DNA from: a virus
Taxonomy: Duplodnaviria; Caudoviricetes
Direction: 5' to 3' (one strand)
Length of the DNA: 51,793 nt
Virus record (IMG/VR): IMGVR_UViG_3300000756_000016
Coordinates: 1 to 51,793 of that record
Part shown: in pieces, positions 46,292-51,793 of the stretch
Numbering within the stretch: the first letter of the stretch is position 1
Layout: each line of letters opens with the position of its first letter
The notes under the pieces: model-generated
Seen by the model: only the letters and a program-made list of their open reading frames with translations
What the model was told of the DNA's origin: nothing
Database searches by the model: none
Position numbers and translations under genes: made by a program

Positions 46292-47683
46292 ATGTACAAT
46301 TCAACCCACTTACAAGAAAAGTGGTCACCTCTTCTAAACTGCGAAGGACTTGATCCAATCAAGGATTCACACAGAAGAAGTGTTACTGCAATCCTTTTAG
46401 AAAACCAAGAAAGATTCCTCAGAGAAGAAAGAGGTATTCTTTCAGAAACTAGCCCAACAATGTCGGCTGGAACTGGTGGCTTTAGTGGTTCTTCTACTGC
46501 TACTGGCCCTGTTGCAGGTTTCGATCCAGTTCTGATCAGCTTGATCAGACGTTCAATGCCACAACTCATTGCTTATGATATCTGTGGTGTTCAGCCAATG
46601 ACTGGCCCAACTGGTCTTATCTTTGCGATGAGAACCCGTTATAATAATCAGTCTGGTAATGAGTCATTCTTCAACGAAGCTGATTCTACCTTCTCCGGAC
46701 AGAACAGACAGCAAACCCTCAATGCAGGTTTCGCTGATGCTAATGCTGGTATCGGTACAACCACTCAGCGTGGAACTAATCCCGCAATCTTAAATGATGT
46801 CGGTGTAGTTGCTGGTATTGGTTCAACCGACTATAACGTTGGTGGTGCAATGTCAACTGGAGAGTCTGAAGCTCTCGGCGATAGTGGCTCAAACACCTTT
46901 GCAGAAATGGCTTTCTCAATTGAGAAAGTTACAGTTGCTGCTAAGTCTAGAGCACTCAAGGCTGAGTATTCGTTAGAACTCGCACAAGACCTCAAGGCTA
47001 TTCATGGTCTTGACGCTGAAGCTGAGCTGGCTAATATCCTCTCAACTGAAATTCTTGCTGAAATCAACCGTGAAGTAGTTCGTACCGTTTATAAGATCGC
47101 TGAATCTGGCGCTCAGACCAACACTGCTACCGCAGGTTACTTCGACCTCGATGTTGACTCCAATGGTCGTTGGTCAGTTGAGAAGTTTAAGGGCCTACTC
47201 TTCCAGCTTGAGAGAGATGCTAACGCAATCGCTCAAAGAACTCGTAGAGGAAAGGGCAACATGATCATCTGTTCTGCTGACGTAGCTTCGGCTCTCACCA
47301 TGGCAGGCGTTCTTGATTATACCCCAGCCTTGAATGTTGGTCTTAATGTAGATGACACCGGCAATACTTTTGCTGGCGTAATCAACGGTAAGTATAAGGT
47401 CTATATCGATCCTTATGCAGCTAACGTTTCAGCTCAGCAGTACTACGTTATCGGCTATAAGGGTCAGAACCCTTATGATGCTGGTATGTTCTACTGCCCC
47501 TATGTACCTCTCCAAATGGTTCGTGCCGTTGGTCAGGACACCTTCCAGCCTAAAATTGGCTTCAAGACCCGTTATGGAATGGTTGCAAACCCATTCGCTG
47601 AGGGAACCAATCAAGGTTCAGGTGCTCTTCGTGTTAATGCTAACCGCTACTACAGAAGAGTCCAGGTTACCAACCTCATGTGA
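46292..47683 (+). CDS. g23: Major capsid protein gp23
   Basis: KW.PLL, LLENQE, GVQPMTGPTGLIFAMR, KSRALKAEYS.ELAQDLKAIHGLDAE.EL, FYCPYVPL, FQPKIGFKTRYG. Confidence 0.98.
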   Translation: MYNSTHLQEKWSPLLNCEGLDPIKDSHRRSVTAILLENQERFLREERGILSETSPTMSAGTGGFSGSSTATGPVAGFDPVLISLIRRSMPQLIAYDICGVQPMTGPTGLIFAMRTRYNNQSGNESFFNEADSTFSGQNRQQTLNAGFADANAGIGTTTQRGTNPAILNDVGVVAGIGSTDYNVGGAMSTGESEALGDSGSNTFAEMAFSIEKVTVAAKSRALKAEYSLELAQDLKAIHGLDAEAELANILSTEILAEINREVVRTVYKIAESGAQTNTATAGYFDLDVDSNGRWSVEKFKGLLFQLERDANAIAQRTRRGKGNMIICSADVASALTMAGVLDYTPALNVGLNVDDTGNTFAGVINGKYKVYIDPYAANVSAQQYYVIGYKGQNPYDAGMFYCPYVPLQMVRAVGQDTFQPKIGFKTRYGMVANPFAEGTNQGSGALRVNANRYYRRVQVTNLM

Positions 47684-47706
47684 GCTAGAATTAAAGGATC
47701 ACTCAC

Positions 47707-47731
47707 AAGGCCCCCTTCGGGGCCTTTTTTT
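47707..47731 (+). terminator. Rho-independent terminator after g23
   Basis: AAGGCCCC-cttc-GGGGCCTT plus a T-run (contains CTTCGG), followed by a CTAAATA late box at 47737-47743. Confidence 0.9.
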
Positions 47732-47762
47732 ATGATCTAAATAGGGTTAAAGGATTGATGAT

Positions 47763-48317
47763 ATGGCATTCGCAAATCAAATAGGAAATAGAAATTTACT
47801 ATCGCCTAATGGATTTAAATTTTCTCTAGCAAAGTATCCTAAGGTAGACTTTTATAGTAATAAGGCATCCATACCTGGCATATCTCTTGGAGTTGCAATT
47901 CAACCAAATCCATTTAGAGATCTACCAGTTCCTGGAGATAAGTTAGAATATAATGATCTCTCATTAAATTTTTTAATAGATGAGGGAATGGAGAATTATC
48001 TGGCAATCTATGATTGGTTAATTTCTCTTGGATATCCAGAAAATATAGATCAATTTAATGAGCTAAGAAGAAATCAAAGATATAACGCATCAGAAGACTC
48101 TAGGGATATGTACAATCAATATTCTGATGGAAATTTGGAAATTTTAAATAGTAATTTAAAACCAATATATAGAGTTAAATTTAAAGATCTTTTTCCAGTA
48201 TCCCTAAACACCCTGGAATTTGATGCAACTCAAAGAGACTATAACTACTTTACCGGAATAGTATCCTTTAAATACACTATTTTCCAAATGCAAACTCTTG
48301 ATGGAAGAATTCTATGA
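47763..48317 (+). CDS. g3: Tail completion / tube terminator gp3
   Basis: N.LSP.GFKF, PGDKL.Y..L...F..DE.MENY, F.DLFPVSL..LEF; located after g23. Confidence 0.88.
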   Translation: MAFANQIGNRNLLSPNGFKFSLAKYPKVDFYSNKASIPGISLGVAIQPNPFRDLPVPGDKLEYNDLSLNFLIDEGMENYLAIYDWLISLGYPENIDQFNELRRNQRYNASEDSRDMYNQYSDGNLEILNSNLKPIYRVKFKDLFPVSLNTLEFDATQRDYNYFTGIVSFKYTIFQMQTLDGRIL

Positions 48318-48742
48318 CCCTGGACGATATTCAAAATTTATGGCAAGAAGATTGTATAATTGATCCAGACAATTTACATCTAGAATCGATAAAAGTCCCA
48401 TCATTACATTCAAAATACTACAACATTTATAATAACATATTTTTACTCAAAAAGATGGAGGAGGATAAATTTAAACAGGTAAGATTTAATAAGTGGCAAT
48501 ACTATACGGGAAAGGTTCCAGCAGATGACGCTACTGCTGAAAGATGTGACCATAAGGTAATGAAACATGACCTAGACAAGTATCTAGATTCAGATGCAGA
48601 TTTAAGAAAACTTATAGCAAAGATTGACTACTATCAAACAATTCTCAATTATTTGGATAGCATCCTAAAGACAATTAAGGATAGAACATATCAAATCAAA
48701 AATGCCATAGAGTTTCAAAAATTTACACACGGGTATAGTTAA
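48314..48742 (+). CDS. uvsY: Recombination mediator UvsY
   Basis: W..D..ID...L..ES...P.LHSKY, YY.GK, R.YQIKNAIEF.KF. Confidence 0.9.
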   Translation: MTLDDIQNLWQEDCIIDPDNLHLESIKVPSLHSKYYNIYNNIFLLKKMEEDKFKQVRFNKWQYYTGKVPADDATAERCDHKVMKHDLDKYLDSDADLRKLIAKIDYYQTILNYLDSILKTIKDRTYQIKNAIEFQKFTHGYS

Positions 48743-50205
48743 TGAGTCATTTAATAATCTCTAAGAAGAATGAAGTATATTTAAAAATTCAATCCGAACC
48801 TCACGTATTTCAAGAATTATCCGATAGGTTCACCTTTGAAGTTCCTAATGCAAAATTTATGCCCCAGTATAGAAAAAAGTACTGGGATGGGAAAATTAGA
48901 TTATTTTCAAATGCAACTGGAGAAATTTATGTTGGTCTATTAGATAAAGTTATTACCTTCTGTGATCAACATAACTATACCTATGAATTTGTAGATAGTA
49001 AATTTTATGGAGTTCCCTTTGAAGTCAATGAAATGATTTCTAGGGAGAGTGTCTTAGAGTACATGAAGAAAGTTTCAAAATATGAGCCAAGAGACTATCA
49101 GGTAGATGGAGTCTATAATGCACTTAGATTTAATCGAAAACTTCTCATATCACCAACAGCTTCTGGAAAGTCTTTAATGATCTACAGCGTAATTCGTTAC
49201 TATGTCGAAAAGGGTCTATCAACGCTTATTGTAGTTCCAACAACATCTCTTGTTGAACAGATGTTTAAGGACTTTGAAGATTATGGATGGAATGCCTCTC
49301 AGTATTGTCATAGAATATATTCTGGAAGAGAGAAGACAAACGAATATCCAGTAACAATTACTACCTGGCAATCAATATACAAGTTAGATAAGAGTTTCTT
49401 TAAGGACTTTGATGTAGTAGTGGGAGATGAGGCTCATCTCTTTAAGTCTAAATCTTTGGTCGATATTATGTCAAAGCTTCATGACTGTAAGCATCGATTT
49501 GGATTTACTGGAACCTTAGATGGAACTCAAACTCATAAGTGGATTCTAGAGGGACTCTTTGGACCATCATATAGTGTAACAAAGACTAAGGAACTCATAG
49601 ATAAGGGTCACGTTTCTAAGCTAGACATTAAAATTTTACTTCTAAAGCATAGCTATAAAAAATTTGAAACCTATGAGGATGAAATACAGTACTTAATTAG
49701 TCATCAAAAGAGAAATAACTTCATAAAAAATTTATCCTTAGAGTTAAAGGGAAATACTCTTATTCTCTACAGTCGAGTAGAATCTCATGGAAGGGTTCTC
49801 TATGATCTAATAAATAGTAGCAAGGAGATTGAACGAAAAGTATTCTTTGTCTATGGTGGAGTTGATGTAGAAGAACGTGAGGAAGTTCGAAGATTAACTG
49901 AAGAAGAAAATAATGCCATTATTATTGCATCCTACGGAACCTTTTCCACAGGCATTAATATTAAAAATCTTCATAATGTAATCTTTGCCTCACCAAGTAA
50001 ATCTCGTATTAGAAATTTACAAAGTATCGGAAGAGTTTTAAGAAAGGGTGCTAATAAGGTAAAGGCAATTCTCTATGATGTATCCGATGATATCTCTTCT
50101 AAGAATATAAAAAATTATACATTAAATCATCTTATGGAAAGAATTAAAATTTATAATGAAGAATCCTTTAACTATGAAATTATACAAGTGGATATGAAAA
50201 CATGA
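48742..50205 (+). CDS. uvsW: SF2 helicase UvsW
   Basis: WDGKIRLF, SPTASGKS, DEAH, GFTGT, GTFSTGINI, LQSIGRVLR. Confidence 0.96.
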   Translation: MSHLIISKKNEVYLKIQSEPHVFQELSDRFTFEVPNAKFMPQYRKKYWDGKIRLFSNATGEIYVGLLDKVITFCDQHNYTYEFVDSKFYGVPFEVNEMISRESVLEYMKKVSKYEPRDYQVDGVYNALRFNRKLLISPTASGKSLMIYSVIRYYVEKGLSTLIVVPTTSLVEQMFKDFEDYGWNASQYCHRIYSGREKTNEYPVTITTWQSIYKLDKSFFKDFDVVVGDEAHLFKSKSLVDIMSKLHDCKHRFGFTGTLDGTQTHKWILEGLFGPSYSVTKTKELIDKGHVSKLDIKILLLKHSYKKFETYEDEIQYLISHQKRNNFIKNLSLELKGNTLILYSRVESHGRVLYDLINSSKEIERKVFFVYGGVDVEEREEVRRLTEEENNAIIIASYGTFSTGINIKNLHNVIFASPSKSRIRNLQSIGRVLRKGANKVKAILYDVSDDISSKNIKNYTLNHLMERIKIYNEESFNYEIIQVDMKT

Positions 50206-50585
50206 TAGAAGAAGATTTTTTAGCTATTGTTAAACTAGTTTCCGGTGAGGAAGTACTATCTCTAGTTTGTGCATGTCATGAGGATGATCAGATCTTATTA
50301 ATTCTTGATAATCCAATTGTTATGAAAGAATACGAAACTCCACTTGGAGTAGTTGTTAAAATTCAACCTTGGATTAAGTATAGTGGAGAATCTCTACACT
50401 TTATCTACATTGATAAGGTAATTACTATTAGTGAGGTACATGATGAAAAAATGAAGTCTGTCTATGAGAATTATATTTCACAATTAAATATGAGTAGTAA
50501 ACTAAAACCTAGTAAATCTATGGGATATATATCTAACGTAGAAGACTTTAGAAGAGGTTTAGAGAAGATCTATAAAAATAATTAA
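50202..50585 (+). CDS. Conserved hypothetical protein (Sm-like beta fold suggested)
   Basis: VKLVSGEEV...L.L.NP...PW pattern, between uvsW and g55 as in T4-like cyanophages. Confidence 0.65.
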   Translation: MIEEDFLAIVKLVSGEEVLSLVCACHEDDQILLILDNPIVMKEYETPLGVVVKIQPWIKYSGESLHFIYIDKVITISEVHDEKMKSVYENYISQLNMSSKLKPSKSMGYISNVEDFRRGLEKIYKNN

Positions 50586-50643
50586 GAGTCTCTAATAATC
50601 TCTAAGTATTATCTATATACCCCTTATCAACCCTGACAGAGTT

Positions 50644-50672
50644 ATTATAGCAGCATCTGGAGGTCTTGTCAA
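50644..50672 (-). promoter_or_regulatory. Perfect antisense sigma70 promoter
   Basis: Minus strand reads TTGACA-agacctccagatgcTGc-TATAAT (17-nt spacer, extended -10). Confidence 0.8.
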
Positions 50673-50695
50673 CCCCCCCCTAATTGTGCTATAAT
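50666..50695 (+). promoter_or_regulatory. Sigma70-type promoter for g55
   Basis: TTGTCA (50666-50671), an 18-nt spacer containing C8 and ending TGc, then TATAAT (50690-50695). Confidence 0.75.
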
Positions 50696-50718
50696 ATGAA
50701 TACCCGCATTTAACCGAT

Positions 50719-51201
50719 ATGGCCAAGAGAACCAAGAACTCAGAGCATTATGTGAATAATAAAGAATTCCTTCATGCTCTGACTGAATTTAAGCAGGAAG
50801 TCCAGAAGGCCAAACGGGAAGACACAGCAAGACCTCGTATTCCAAGATACATTGGTGAGTGTTTTCTTAAGATTGCCACTCATCTATCATATAAGCCAAA
50901 TTTTGTCAACTACATGTTTCGGGAAGACATGATTTCTGATGGCATAGAAAATTGTGTTCAGTATATTGACAATTTTGATACAAACCGAGGAAATCCTTTT
51001 GCATATTTTACTCAAATTATATGGTATGCCTTTTTGAGAAGAATTGAGAGAGAAAAGAGACAGTTAGATATCAAAACTAAACTACTCGAACAAACTGGAT
51101 TTGATGAGGTATTTGTTTCTGATAAAAATATTCTCGATGGAAGCGATTCCGATTACAATGGAATCAAAAATTCTGTACACAGTAAAATGATCTATAACTG
51201 A
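50719..51201 (+). CDS. g55: Late-transcription sigma factor gp55
   Basis: HYVNNKEF, YIGECFLKIA.HLS.KPNF.NY.FREDMISDGIENC, NPFAYFTQI...AF.RRI..EK. Confidence 0.96.
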   Translation: MAKRTKNSEHYVNNKEFLHALTEFKQEVQKAKREDTARPRIPRYIGECFLKIATHLSYKPNFVNYMFREDMISDGIENCVQYIDNFDTNRGNPFAYFTQIIWYAFLRRIEREKRQLDIKTKLLEQTGFDEVFVSDKNILDGSDSDYNGIKNSVHSKMIYN

Positions 51202-51793
51202 TGAAAGTTGCAATTATTACGGATCAACACTTTGGTGTTAAGAAGGGTAGTAAGATATATCATGAATACTTTAAAAAATTTTATGATGAGATCTTTTTTC
51301 CAACACTAGAGAGAGAAAATATTACTACAGTGATTGACATGGGTGATACCTTTGACAATCGAAAGGTTATTGATCTTTGGAGTTTGAAGTGGGCTCAGGA
51401 TAACTTTTATGATCGTCTTGACAGTATGGGTATTACAGTATATACTATAATTGGAAACCATACAGCATACTATAAAAACACTAATGAAGTAAACACAATT
51501 GAAGTTACTCTCGGTAAGTATAAAAATTTAATTTCAATTCCAGAAACTATTGAGCATACAATTGGTGGCCTAGACATTCTCTTTATTCCTTGGATAAATG
51601 AGGAAAATCAATCCAAGACATTTGATATGATAAGTACTTCAAAATCTAAAGTGGTTATGGGGCATTTGGAGTTGAGTGGTTTTTCAATGTATAAGGGAAT
51701 GATTCAGGAGAACGGATTAGATCCAAGTATATTTTCAAAATATCGTCGAGTATTTTCTGGCCACTATCACACTCGTAGTAATAATGGTAAGAT
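51201..51793 (+). CDS. g47: Recombination endonuclease subunit gp47 (Mre11/SbcD-like), truncated by window end
   Basis: Read manually from ATG 51201 (TGATG coupling): MKVAIITDQHFG..., DMGDTFDNRK, IGNH, MGHLE, SGHYH metallophosphoesterase motifs. Confidence 0.93.
   Translation, partial: MKVAIITDQHFGVKKGSKIYHEYFKKFYDEIFFPTLERENITTVIDMGDTFDNRKVIDLWSLKWAQDNFYDRLDSMGITVYTIIGNHTAYYKNTNEVNTIEVTLGKYKNLISIPETIEHTIGGLDILFIPWINEENQSKTFDMISTSKSKVVMGHLELSGFSMYKGMIQENGLDPSIFSKYRRVFSGHYHTRSNNGK

Noticed and set aside
7776-46569. Numerous short minus-strand and off-frame ORFs inside structural genes (e.g. 24070..24465, 34906..35232, 36442..36804, 46210..46569)
   Set aside because: They overlap well-supported genes, have antisense-shadow composition, and show no recognisable motifs or expression signals.
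36990-47683. Introns, inteins or homing endonucleases in g17, g18, g20 or g23
   Set aside because: Reading frames are continuous with expected lengths and no intein or endonuclease motifs; the extra length of gp18 is G/S/T-rich domain insertion.
50202-50585. Metabolic annotation (methylamine utilisation) sometimes attached to genes at this position
   Set aside because: No catalytic or cofactor motifs in the sequence support it; left as hypothetical.
5735-51793. Stop-codon reassignment or programmed frameshifting
   Set aside because: Core genes are intact under the standard code, TAA, TAG and TGA are all used as stops in the window, and no split genes are evident.

Overview
This window is part of a T4-like myovirus genome. 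Gene content and order match T4-like cyanophages (Kyanoviridae-like), but the host is inferred, not shown. Bases 1-~1960 are a visibly more GC-rich early/accessory segment: a GP88-like gene, small ORFs, GC hairpins, dyad-containing promoters and a structured non-coding boundary element. Bases ~2000-5700 hold accessory and conserved hypothetical genes, including a probable internal head protein with a T4-type capsid-targeting N-terminus and a GT-A glycosyltransferase. Bases 5735-48317 are the virion module: gp25, gp6, a 4116-aa gp7, gp8, VrlC/DUF4815, fibre-like genes, gp13-16, a 645-aa modular insert, gp17-23 and gp3. These are followed by uvsY, uvsW, gp55 and the 5' part of gp47. I saw no tRNA, rRNA, CRISPR array, intron, intein or IS. 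The strongest candidates for something new are: (1) a phycobiliprotein-like globin domain inside gp7 that keeps both bilin-attachment cysteine motifs, possibly a light-sensing or phycobilin-binding virion module; (2) a G-[IV]-[GSTA]-[ST]-[ST] motif found in nearly every virion protein, close to a glycosyltransferase, possibly a virion modification system; (3) a probable gp21-processed polyprotein between the terminase genes; (4) a perfect antisense sigma70 promoter back-to-back with the gp55 promoter, possibly an antisense RNA or R-loop origin. All family assignments are by motif recognition from memory; no database searches were run.
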